The position numbers and the translations under genes were made by a program. From contig OY253684.1 of the NCBI GenBank assembly GCA_958009085.1, forward strand, positions 1 to 64,000: DNA of 64,000 nt, written 5' to 3'. The DNA is from Protoeuglena noctilucae (Eukaryota). Under the pieces are notes generated by a model, which worked only from the letters and a program-made list of their open reading frames with translations, did no database searches and had not been told where the DNA came from. Positions 24,364-35,998 of the stretch are shown here, in pieces. Within the stretch, counting starts at the first letter, position 1; each line of letters opens with the position of its first letter.

Positions 24364-27300
24364 TCATCGCCGCTCACCGACCAGCCCCCGCGACTGCGCC
24401 CATGCCACCAGGGCCGCCAGCCGCGGGACCGACCCCGTCCCACCCAGCGCCGCCACCAATGCTTGGCACCGCACCCACGCCCCCTCTGCAGCTGCCATGG
24501 CCCCCTCGGCTGCCATGTCACGCACAGCATCGGCCGCCACGCCTTCCCCGTCACCTCCCGCCTGCGATGCAAGCAGAGATGGGGCGTGGGTGCAGTGCGC
24601 TGTATGGTGGTCGGCACACGGCAGCATGTACGGGCCACACGCGCTGCCTCACCCGCTCCTCGTCCCTCACAGCCCCCGCGGCCATCGCTGCCGTCCATCC
24701 CTCCTCCCCTTGCATCCATGATCTCACAGCAGAGGCGCACGAAGACACGCGCGAGAGTGATTGGACGCTCACTGCAGCCGACGCCCCAGCCGCATCCTCA
24801 GCGGAACCTGCGCTGCTGGCAGCGACGTCAATGGCAGCGACGTCCATGTCCGCCTCCAGCCGCCGCCGCACATCGGAAGTGGCGGAGCGAATGCTTACTG
24901 CTATGCTGCCAGGTGCGTCGATCTGCTCCCCCATCCCCACCGCCTGTTGCTCTGCCTCCTGCTCCCCCTGCTGTGCCGCGTCCGCTGCGTCCGTGGCCGC
25001 CCTGGCCATGCACAGGACAGCGCTGGCGTCAAAGACGGGGTCCGGGGCCAGGCGGGGGCGGGACGGCGCAGAGGGGGACGCGGGGGCGGCGGCGCCAGGT
25101 GCGGGGGAGGAGAGGGCCCGGACGAGCGCCTGCCGAATGCGGGCGGCGTTGGTGGCGCGGGGGAGCGATGGGGCGGCGTAACTGTCGGGGCAGCCCAGGG
25201 CGCGGAAGACGCGGGAGCGGCCTGGGAGCGGGGAAGGCCAGCGCAGGTGAGAATATGCGAGGAGCTGCTGATTAAACAAACACTCGTATGTCGCATGGGA
25301 CAGTCATGGCGCCTTCTGCTCAACCACGCACCCTGGTCACGCAGGGCCCGGACGGCGCGAGCGGCAGCGGCCCTGGTCGCCACGTTGGCAGCCGCAGCCG
25401 CCGCCTCCCGCGGTACCCCCGGGGCCGCCGACAGCGCCGCCACCGCCGCGGGGGCGTGGCTCTGCGCGTGCACCAACGCCTGCTCCACCCACGCGCCCTC
25501 CATCTCCCCCACCGCCTGCGAGGGAAGCACCAGAGGCCGCGTCACCAGCCATTAACTAACCCACATGCTCCAAGAATTAAGAGTAGCATGGGTCGCTGTG
25601 TGTGTTGCGCAGTGATCGCCCTCGCCTGCTCGGCCAGTCGATCCTGCACCTCCCCCAGGCACGCGGCCGCTCGCTCCAGCAGCGCACCCACGGACACCGC
25701 CCCCACTGCGTCAGCCGCGCGCAGCGCATCCTCGCCCTTCGGCGCAGTCGCTGCGTCCGGGTGCGCGCCCCCCACCAGCAGCCGCGCCGAGACCGCACCG
25801 GCCAGGCTCTGCAGGGAGAAGGGCAGGGTCGTCAGACATGCCACACAGTGCGGCAGGATGCGATGAATGTCTGATGTTACATGACTGCTCTCGCCTTGAC
25901 CACCAGTCCCACGGCTGCCGTGTGTATCCGCCGCGCCCGCCCCACTGCGGCATCGCCACCCGCAGACGCCACGGCGTGGGCAGCGGCAGCCGGGCCGACC
26001 GTGGCAGCCACGGCATCCACCACGGCGCGCAGGGAGTGGCCATTGCCGACCGAGTACCTGCACAGGGGCACATGCAGTGTGTGTATGTCATCACCCGCAA
26101 GGGGCAGTGACACGGGCGTGTGATGCATGTCACACCCGCTAGGGTGGTAACAGGATTGTGTCGTGTTGGCCCGGCATACTTCTCGATGCCGACGTCTCGC
26201 GGCATAGAAACCTGAACGGGCCGTGAATGTGGGAGGCGGGGCAGCGCCGCGCGGTGGTTTGCCGCGTGGCGGGTATGCCGGGGGACGTGAGGGTATAACC
26301 CCACGCCACCCACAAAGAGGCACTGGATGCCCCTGCGCCGGGGGCCTTACACCCGGGCGACCTCCGTTGCACCGATGGACAGTGTCCGCACATGCGTGGC
26401 GCCCCTCACCTCTCCAGCAGCTCCCTCTGCAGCACCCCGCGTGGGGCAGCGTCCCCACTCTCCACTCTCGCCAGCACCGCCTCTGCCACTGACAAGGACG
26501 GCCCGTCGACCCCGCCATCGTCACTCCCGTTCCCTTTCTCATCGCGATGCAACTCGCGCCCAGCCCCACGCCCACCTCTCTCCCCCCCACCCCCGTCGCT
26601 CCCCACCCCATGACTCCATAGCTGCCCCACCTCCCCCGCACCAACAGCCCCCCTTTGCTGTCTCAGCACCCGCGCCACAGCCACCTCGGCCCATGCACTG
26701 CTCCACGCGCCCCCGAGGGCCCCCGCGGCCCCACCCCACACCGCATGCCAGCCATCTCGCAACCCCGCCCCCCACCGCTCCACAGCAGCGCTGGCAGCGC
26801 CTGCACCCCCGGGCACTCTCTGCAGAGCATCCTCAATCGCGAGACGGGCCGCCGCGTGGCCGGGGGAGAAGCCGGGGCTGCCTGCAGGGAGGGCGAGGGC
26901 GCATAGATGATGCACGGGACCATCATGTCACACCTTCATGTCGACCCCCCTCTCGTGTCCCCACCACCATGCTCTCACCCGGCAGCATCTCCGGCGCGGC
27001 CCAGAGGGCGGCCAGTCCCCTCAACAGAGGCTCCAGGGACGGATGGGGCATCGCAGCACTGGCACCTGCGCCCCCCAGCGAAGCAAGGGTGGCAGCACAG
27101 CACGAGGTAAGAAGAACCGCGGCTGCCAGCCGCGATGCCCCATTGTTACCCCCAGCGCCGTTTGCGGCAGTCCTAGGCACGCAGGCGGCGAGCAGCAGCC
27201 CCGCGCGACTGCCTGCCATGGGCGCCAACGCGTGACTCAGCCAGTCCCTGTCCGCGGCCGTGTCTAAGTGGCTGCCGTCGCTCGCGGCAGGGCGCGCGGC

Positions 27301-29574
27301 GTCGCCAGGCATGCCCAGCGGCAAGCTGACGGGGATGTCGCAGCTGCCCCACCCGCGTGCCATCCACGCCCACACAGCCGCCGTCGCCTCCAATTGGCGA
27401 GGGGCGGTGGGGGGGATGCCGGCGAGGGTGGAGGGGCCGGTGGGCCAGAGCAACGCGGCCACACGGTTTGCGAGGCCAGCCAGCACAGCCTGGGGTCAGG
27501 CGGGGAGCGTCGTGCGTGACACCGGAGATGTAAGGGAGAGACAAGCAGCGACGCTCCGAGCCGTGCACGCAGGTCACCTGCGTGAAGCTGGCGCTGTCGG
27601 CGGCCTCCACGACCGCCAGCAGAGACGCAGCGGCGGGGGGCAGCGAGTGCGCCGATGACCACACTGCCGCCATCGCCTCAACTGCCGCCGACTCCACCTG
27701 GGCCCCTGCGACGGCCGCGAAAGCACCGCTCGCCCTCGCCTGCGCTAGTCACATGCGTTTGCATCACCCCTACTTCCTCACCCGGCCCAGCCCCGCTGCC
27801 CGCGGGCGCAGGCGTCGCCACCACGCGCTTCACCGGCGCCCCTCCCCATCCCCGGCCCCTGCCCCTGCCCCCCGCCCCCGTCATCTTGTCGTGCAGCAGT
27901 CGCACCCTCTGCGCATCTGCGCCCGGCAGCGACGCCACCGCCGCGTCACCCCTGGCCTTCTCTAGCCCAGCCTCCCTCACCCCCGTGCCCTCTGCCCACG
28001 CCCACATCAGCCCCGCTGCCGCGTCACCCAGCGCCGCCACGCCAGCCCGCGACCCCGCCGCCCTCACCGCCGCCCTGCACCGATGCACAAACGCTGCCCT
28101 GTCCGCAGGCACAACCCCCGCTGCCCCCGGCCCCGGTGGGGGCGACGCGGCCTCTCGGAACGCGGCGCTGAGCTCCCACTGCGCCCCGGCGAGAGCGCGC
28201 AGGGGCCCTGGGTCGCCGTGGCTGAGGAGGTCCGATGGGGCTCGCATGGAGGGGGGAGGAGGGGGCGGGCGGGCGTGGGGCGGGGCCTGGTGGGCGAGGG
28301 ACGAGGGCGGCGCGCGGGAGAGACGGTCGAGCAGCGCGCGCAGGTCGCCGCGGGTGCCTGGGGGGGTGGCGACACTGGGCCGGTCGCATGCGGGTGTGGG
28401 TATCAGATGCATGTGTGGGCATCGTGTGCGGGCATTGGATGCTGCGCGCGGCCTCCGCGCCGCCTCACCCGGCAGTTCCATGATCGCCGACCAGAGCTGC
28501 GGCCCGAGTGCGGCCAGCAGGGACGGAAGGGCCAGCAGAGCCGCGCATGCGTACGCGTGGGCAGCCGCGGCGGATCCGAGGGGCAGGGACAGGCCAACGT
28601 CGCAGCGAGCCCCCTCCGGCACCGCGAGCAGCGCCACCAGGGCCGCCACGTGAGAGGCCAGCCCCACCACGTGCGCCGATGCCAGCACAGCGCCGTGCAG
28701 GGCCCCCACGCGTGCAGCTGCCTGGGCATCTGCCGGGGTGGGTGCCGCCTGCGATGGGCGCTGCCAGGGAGCGGCGTTTGAAGACACGGCGGGTGCGGGG
28801 AAGTTGGCGGAAGGGGGCTCCATGGCACGGGGGGCGGGGCGGCCGGCCGTGGCGGGCCGGGGTCCACCAAGTGCCGGGAAGTCCGACCCTGCGTGTGGCA
28901 CGGGCAAGCACGTGATCATAGCCATGTCATTGACGGACCTGGCGGCACTTGGGCATGGCCACAGTGCAAGGCGCGCCTCACCCGTGAGGTCGGGGACGCG
29001 GCCGGGGTTGCCCATGCGGCTGCCCAGCATCTTGATCTTGGCCTCCGCGGCGCTGTCGGCCACGTCACGCGCACGAGGGGCCGCCGCTGCGCCCGGGCCG
29101 GGCTCGCGGTCGGCATGGCCGTCGCACGCCAAGGCTGCCCCCGTCAGGAGCACGCGCTGTAGCAGCCAGCGCCCGACATCATCGGCGCTCGTAAATGACC
29201 TTTGATCGCGATCCCGGGCACCGTTTTTGCCTGCCCATCCTGCGGGGGATTGCGCGGGGACCATTTTTCCAGGCTTCACACTGTGGGTGATCCCTGAGGC
29301 GCCGGGGTTGCGGGAGAGCTTCGATGAACGGCATGCAGGTATTGGGACATTGTACACGCGTGCGATGCGAGCTCAAAGCAGGCAAATGCCAGCGCGGGTG
29401 CCCCAGTGTGGCACGCCGAAATGCTGCACGGTCGTTGCCTGATGTCGAGTTGCTCGACGTGGATGGCTGGTTTGCGAGAGATCTCAGCACTTCTTCAGCA
29501 GATCGCGACCCGCTGGATACGGCCCGCACGAGCCCTTCCACGCTTCTCGCGTCGGTCGGCTCTTCCAAGCCCAT
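24364..29574 (-). CDS. Large Ala-rich alpha-helical protein of unknown function, multi-exon
   Basis: A series of Ala/Leu-rich minus-strand coding blocks bounded by GT-AG introns. No motif recognised; start uncertain. Confidence 0.55.
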
Positions 29575-29868
29575 CTCCTGCTCAATATCCGCGAGCTAGC
29601 GCCTCCATGCCCGCTGAGGAGTAGACACGAGCATGAAGCAAGCATTGGCAATGAATTGATGGCCAGAGGTCTCTCGCAAACAGTCCTCGCGGGGCTCTTC
29701 CTGTGCTGCACCGCCTGACAGAACAAAATGCGGCGCGCTCTTTCACCGACGGCCACCAGGTAGCCCCGCAGAGTAAGTATTGCCTCCAGTAATCGTACCG
29801 CTGCCAGCGCTGGCTGGGCGGCCTCTCTTACGGGCCCCGCTGGGCGCCGCGAACGCGACACACTCGCA

Positions 29869-32800
29869 ATGCTGCGCCGGAAAGCCGGCGAGCTGGCTCG
29901 GGGAGCGTCGCGGCTTTCCGGGATGTCCGGTCTCATGGCAATGCAGGGGCCCATATCGGACCGCGCAAGGCTCCACTCGTTGTGCACACGGGCCGGCTGT
30001 TGGCAGCTTGGGCAGGCAGGCGCCGCCGCGGCTGGGGATGCTCGATGGGGCTTACAACGTTTCTCATGGCACCCGATGCATTATGTGCACTCGTCGGTAC
30101 ATGCGATGGGGCGGCCGGCGCACCCGCGGCGGCGGCAGAGGAGCCGCCCCCCTCCGCCCTCCCCGCCCCGTGCACCGACGCTGGCGTCGAGCAATCCTCG
30201 GCGATTCCCGGAGGGGATGCGGATATCAAACGAGATGCTCGACGCGGACGAGGCGAGGCGCGCCCTGGGGTTCGGGTGAGAAGCAGAGAGTGCTCAAGGC
30301 GTTGGGCTGTGCGTTGTGGCTCGTGGGGTCTATGCAGTGCATTTGGGGAGATTCACTGCGTTGGTCGCATCTGCGCCGTTGCGTGCAGAGCGGAGGACCC
30401 CACGGAGGTGCTGGTGCCCCGGTCCCCTCGCCACAAGCGCGTGACGGAGCGTGATGAGCGGCAGTGGCAGCGACGGGAAGAGGACCGTGTGACGGGGAGG
30501 GCGTGGAGGCAGTGGTCGGGTGCCACGACGGGAGAGGAAGCAATAGAGTCACAGCGTGTTTCCCGCATGGGGCGGGGGTCGCCGCACGCACTTGTGGGGG
30601 CTCTGTCGTCGTCATCAGAGAGCGACAGCGACAGCGACAGCAGCAGTGACGACGAGAGCGATGGCGAATGGGATGACATGGGCGCTGTAAAGTCGGGTCG
30701 CGGGGAGCGGGGCCGGCGGGGGCGGTCCTTCGGGGAGCGAGGCCTGGGGCGGGCGCGTGGGGTGGGGCGTCGAGATGGGGACGGGGGAATGGCAAGGGAC
30801 AGCGAGGAGGGAGAAGAGGAGGAGGTCGCGTTGGAGGGTGCGCCTGCCCCGGCAGCGCTGGTGCAGCGGGCGCAGCGGCTGACGCGGAGCGAGGCACGGG
30901 GCCCCACGGCAGGGCACCTCAGCTATCGCAGCCCGGACGCCGCGGGTGCAGTGGCGTGGGAGGCGATGCGCCGCGCGGGGTCCGCGGCCCGCCTGCTGCG
31001 GTGGTCCCGCGGGGCGGTGGGGGACCTGACCCCGGCGCTGGCATCGGCGACGGTGGCGGAGTTGGCGCGACTGGGGCTACGGGTGGGGCCATTGGGGGTG
31101 GTACTCCCGCCATCTCCGGACAGCATGGGGGGACTGGATGACGCCGAGTCGCTGCTAAGGGGAGTGCTGGGGGCGGCACGGGCGCTGGTGGCGGGGATGG
31201 GGGCAGGGGAGGTGGCGGCGTGCGCGCTGGGCGTGGCGAAGATGGGCGGTGGGTCAATGCCTGGGGAAGGAGGTGCCGGGGCGGCTCTGGCCTCGCTGAA
31301 GGGTGCGCTGCTGGACCGGGCGGAGGCGCTGCTGGAGGGCCGCCCGGCGGTGGAGGGTTTCGCGGGGTGGGCGGAGATGCAGTCGATGTGGCCGGGGGCG
31401 GCAGAGGACCTCGCGCGGAGGGAGAGGCGCACGTGAGAGCATAGGATACGGAGCTGCATGGGGAGCTGCAGTGCAGGCAGGCTGGGGCAGGTTTTACATA
31501 CTTTATCACCCTTCTTGCCCTCTCAGGTCCCTCCCGCATTACCCCAGCCCCGCTGCCGCCCTGGCGCGGCTTCGTGGGGGCAGCAGCGAGGCCACGCACC
31601 CTTTGGACCTGACCCGCCCCGTGGAGCATGCCGGGCGCGACTGGGACTGCGTTACTCTGGCACAGGTGGCGTCGGCGCTGTGCACGCTGGTGGGCGAGCA
31701 TGAGCGGGCGTGGCTGCGGGGGGCGGTGGCGGCTGAGGTGGTGGCGAGGGCGGAGGAGCTGGGGGAGGACCCACGGGCGCTGTGCTCGCTGCTGGTGTGC
31801 GGACGGTGAGTGGGGAATGGATGGTGGGAATGGGTGAACGGGTGTAACTGGGGCTGAGGTGTACCCCCTGTGTTGTCGCTCGCAGTCGGCTGGGGTGGGT
31901 GGATCTGCCCGCAGTCATGGCGCCCCTGGCCCGGGCCGCGGGGAAGGCGGTGGCGGTGTGCGACTCTCGGCAGCTGTGCATCGTGGCGGGGCACCTGGCC
32001 TCGCTGGTCAAGCACGGGGGAGGGCAGGTGCGGCAGCAGGCGGGGCAGGGAGGGTGGCGATGCGTGGACGTGATGAGCATGACGTGTGAGTCTCTATACA
32101 CAAGTGACCCGTGTGTCCCACCACCCATGTTCCATGCAGGCGGCTGGCATGGCCCTGCGCATCTCGCGCCGCGTGCGTGCCGACCCGTCCCTCCGTGCAC
32201 GCCCCCACCACGTGGCGGAGGTGGCGAGCGCGCTGGCGGGGGGGCGGGGGCTTCTGCGGCCACTGGAGGCCAGCCACGGCGCGACAGAGGCGGCGCTGCT
32301 CGTGGAGTGCGCGGCGGGGGCGCTGTTGAGGGAGCCGGCCTTGGCAGATAATGCACCAGGCGAGGACAGCAGGGCGCCCCGCTGCCGTGCAGTTTCACTC
32401 TTGCTTGCCTCCATGCCCCACGCTGAGCTTCAGATGCCTCGTCGCTGTTCCCAGGTGCATCGGGTCTCCCTCGCGCCTCCCCGCTGTCCCGCCTGGGTCC
32501 CTTCCATCTCTCCCTGGTCCTCGACGTGGCAGCGACCTACGCCACCACGCACAGTCGCGCGGGGAGCGCGGAGGGGGCTGCGGAGGTGCAGCGGATGGCC
32601 GGGGCGGCAGCGGCAGAGTTTTTGTCCGAGGGCGTGGGGCGGGCGGCAGGGCCACTCACAGCGGCGAGGGGGGTGGCGGCGGTGGGGACGCTGGCGGGGA
32701 GGGGCTGGATGCCGCCGTGGGGGTCGCTGGGCCTGGGGGAGGGGGCGGGGGCGGAGCTGGAGGCGCTGGCGGCACAGGCGATGGAGCGGGCGGTGGGCAG

Positions 32801-33083
32801 ACGGGGCCTGTCACGCGTTGTGGGGGTGTGCCACGCGCTGGCTTGGGGAGGACGGGGTTTGGGGTGCCTGGGAGGAGCCGACGCGGTGGCGGAGGCGGCG
32901 TTGGGGATGGCGAGGGGCGCGGAGGGGAGGGGCGCTGCAGTCGCGCGGGCGGGGCTGCGGGACGTGGCTCGGCTGCTGACCGAGATGGGTGGCGAGGAAG
33001 CAGCCCGGAAGCTCATGACAGCCGAGGCAGAGCTGGGGGAACGCACAGTGGGGGACCGGCAGAGTGCATCCAGCGCCGTGTGA
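29869..33083 (+). CDS. Probable organelle-targeted helical-repeat (OPR/RAP-like) protein
   Basis: Arg/Ser-rich N-terminus (MLRRKAGELARGASRLS), acidic Ser/Asp tract, then degenerate repeats such as WDCVTLAQVASALCTL, DPRALCSLL and DSRQLCIVAGHL. Confidence 0.55.
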
Positions 33084-33313
33084 TGGACACTCTGGCAGTG
33101 TCGATGCCAGCGTGGTTCTCATATATATTGAAAATCAACAGGCATTGAATCGCTCGTACGAATTATATCTGGCGCCCCGCGCCCTGGGCGTGGCTTCTCC
33201 TCCCGCCCAGAGGCAACTCTTCTTGGAAGCCCCCATTTGCGCGCCATGCCGACGCCTGTGCGCCGTCGATTTCTCGTATATCTACTTGAGGCTTAAAGAT
33301 ATGGCGCGCAGTC

Positions 33314-35568
33314 ATGGCCCGGTTTGCCGAGATCGCGCGCTCCGCCACAGAGGTGGGCAAGGCTTTCGACGCACAGAAGAACCTAAATTCTCTCTCGCCC
33401 TCGATAGATAGTGCTCCCTGGGCCACGCAGCGAGCAGTCGACGCTCAGTTTCACTCGCAGACGGCAGAGAGAGTTCTGTCGGCCACGTACCGAGCGGTCG
33501 ACGTGGGGTATAGTGCCATCGTGAACAAGCAGTTCGGGCCGCCCTTCTTCGAGTCGGGATGGGGCACGTTTCCCATTCGAGGCTTCGGCCAAGAAGCCAC
33601 CTTCATGCGGGAGTCGGTCGCAGACCCCACCACGTCGGTCCGCATCGACTGGAGGCGAGGTGAGGGGCGCTCCGTCATGCGTGGCACTGGGCCTGTCTTT
33701 GCTGCCTGTGTGCGTAGCCACTGGCCCCCACCGTCGCCACCGCAGTGGATGCGGGAGTGAAGGGCGGCCCAGACCTGGACGGCATCCGGCGCCGCACCCG
33801 CTTCGCTGTCTATGAGGCGCACATGCCCGCGGGAGCCCCGCCCTGGCTGCTGCCCCATCTGCCCGTCGAGTGCCACGTGGCGCGCGTCCGCCTCGTGGTG
33901 CCTGAAGATCGCCCAGGTGAGGCGACTCTCGTCAGTGGCACATGCCCATGCCCATATGAGTAGCCTCCCTTGCAAGTCCCCCATGCCAAGTCTCGACACT
34001 CACCCGGCCGCATCGCCCCCCCAGTGTGGGGCGCGCTCGTCCACCTCCCCGCCACGGGTGACCACACGCTCTCCCGCCGCGACTGGCTTACCCGGCGCCT
34101 GCTGCATCACGGCGTGGCGGCGCTGGTGCTCGAGGGGCCGTACTACGGTGCCCGCGTGCCGGAGGGGCAGGCCAAGTCGCGGCTGCGTGCTGTGACGGAT
34201 CTCTTTAAGCTGGGGCGCGTGACAATCGAGGAGGGCATGCGGCTGGCGTGCTGGGCCGAGGGACACCTCACGCGGCGCGTGGGGCTGGCAGGGCTCTCGA
34301 TGGGGGGCGTGCACGCCTGCATGGCCGCGTCCTTATACCCGCGACCCGTCGCCTGCGTGCCCTGCATCACGCCCCACTCGGCCGCGCCACCTTACGTCAT
34401 GGGTGAGACTGGCACATGCGTGGTCACTTGCCATCCATTTCAAGGTGCCACAAGAGAGTTTCATAGCCGCCATCTGCCTCTGCTCTTCAGGGCCCCTGTC
34501 AGCCGCCATTGCCTGGGATGCCCTGCGCCCCGCGCGGGCAGCCGAGGCGCTGCTGGAGCACTGTGCCAGCGACCTGGCCACGGCTCTCCCTGCCACGAGG
34601 GAGTGGAACGCGGGGAGGGACGAGAGGTGGGAGGCGGGGGTGCGTGGGCGCGCAAGGAGGGTTGCGGATCATGGATGGCACGCTTTGCGCTGACTTGACG
34701 CCACTGTCGCTGTTTGCCCCCGCAGACCCACGCACGGCTGCAGGACGCTCTGGCTGCGTCCGGCGTGCAGCCGGCAGCCACGGCCCCCGCGGCCGCAGCG
34801 ATCGAGGCGGAGGCGGGTGTCGAAGGTGGCACGAGTGACCTGGCGGGGCGCCCTCTCTCTGCCGTAAGACGGGACCGGGAGCTGATCGCCGCTATCCTGG
34901 GTGAGATGCGGTGCTGGTGGTTGTCATATATGGTGAGATTACGGCGATTGCCGTAGGGTACCACTATCACCCGCCACGAACATCACCACTCGTGTCCCCT
35001 GGCAGAGGCGAATGGCCCCGCTGCCGGGCCCTGGGAGTGGGACGCATCTGCCGACGCCTTTGGGCCGAGCGACCAGAAACAGGGCAGGCGCCCCTTCCTG
35101 GCGCCGCTCTCCGCGGAGCTCTACGAGGTCCTCGCCAGGTACACGGACGTGACGCAGGTGAGGATTGATCATGAGACATCGATGAGTCGCATATAGCGCA
35201 CAGGGTCCTGTCGTGCAGCCGGGCGCTAGGCAGGTGTTGGGCAGGACCGTGGCACGCCCTGACCCCCTCGACGGTCGCAGTTCCCTCGTCCCCTCGCGCC
35301 CCACGCCGTGGTGTCGGTGGCTGCCCTCGACGATGCGTATGTGCGACCCGCCTCGGTCCTCAAGGCGAGGAGCGGGGCACGCAAGGGGCTGCAAGGACTG
35401 CGTGGCTCGCTTGGCCGTCGCTGTCGACCACGCTCGTTCCTGCGCCCGCAGCTGGCTCGGGCGTGGGCGATGGAGGTCCGATGGGTGCCCGGCGGCCACG
35501 TCTCGGCGTTCGTCAGCCACCAGCAGGCCTTCCTCTCGGCCATGCGGGACGCTCTCGCGCGGTTGTAG
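33314..35568 (+). CDS. ABHD18: ABHD18 (C4orf29/DUF2048) alpha/beta hydrolase
   Basis: PPFFESGWG, VHLPATGDH, LEGPYYGARVP, GLSMGGVHA nucleophile elbow, DDAYV and GGHVSAF. Confidence 0.9.
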
Positions 35569-35998
35569 GGCCTGGGGGCGTAAAACCTCGGGAGGTTTTA
35601 AGACTGTGCTGCAGCTTGGCGACGCCTTCAAAAAAGCGCCCCTCAGCCAAGCCTGCGCACTACATCGGAAGAAGAGACCAATTACCTTTGTCACTGCGCT
35701 CCAGCATCGGAAGAGCGCTTGCGCCTGAGGCGTCGCAGGTGCTAACGGCAGCACTCCCCCATGTAACGGCGCCTGTCTCTGTGTACATGAAGTATTGCTT
35801 GATTTGTTCGTGTCGAACATCCCACCGCTTTCAGAAAGGCTTGCCGCAGTTTGCCTGAGCCTGCGGGGGCGTTTGCGGGGCTCCCTGAGCTACTTGGAGT
35901 GTGCTGCCTGTTTCGACATTGCACGGTTGCCTCGGTGTTGCTGCCTTGATCCGCAGGTCGTCCGCGAGAGGCGGCAGAGGGGTGGGACATTCAACGCC

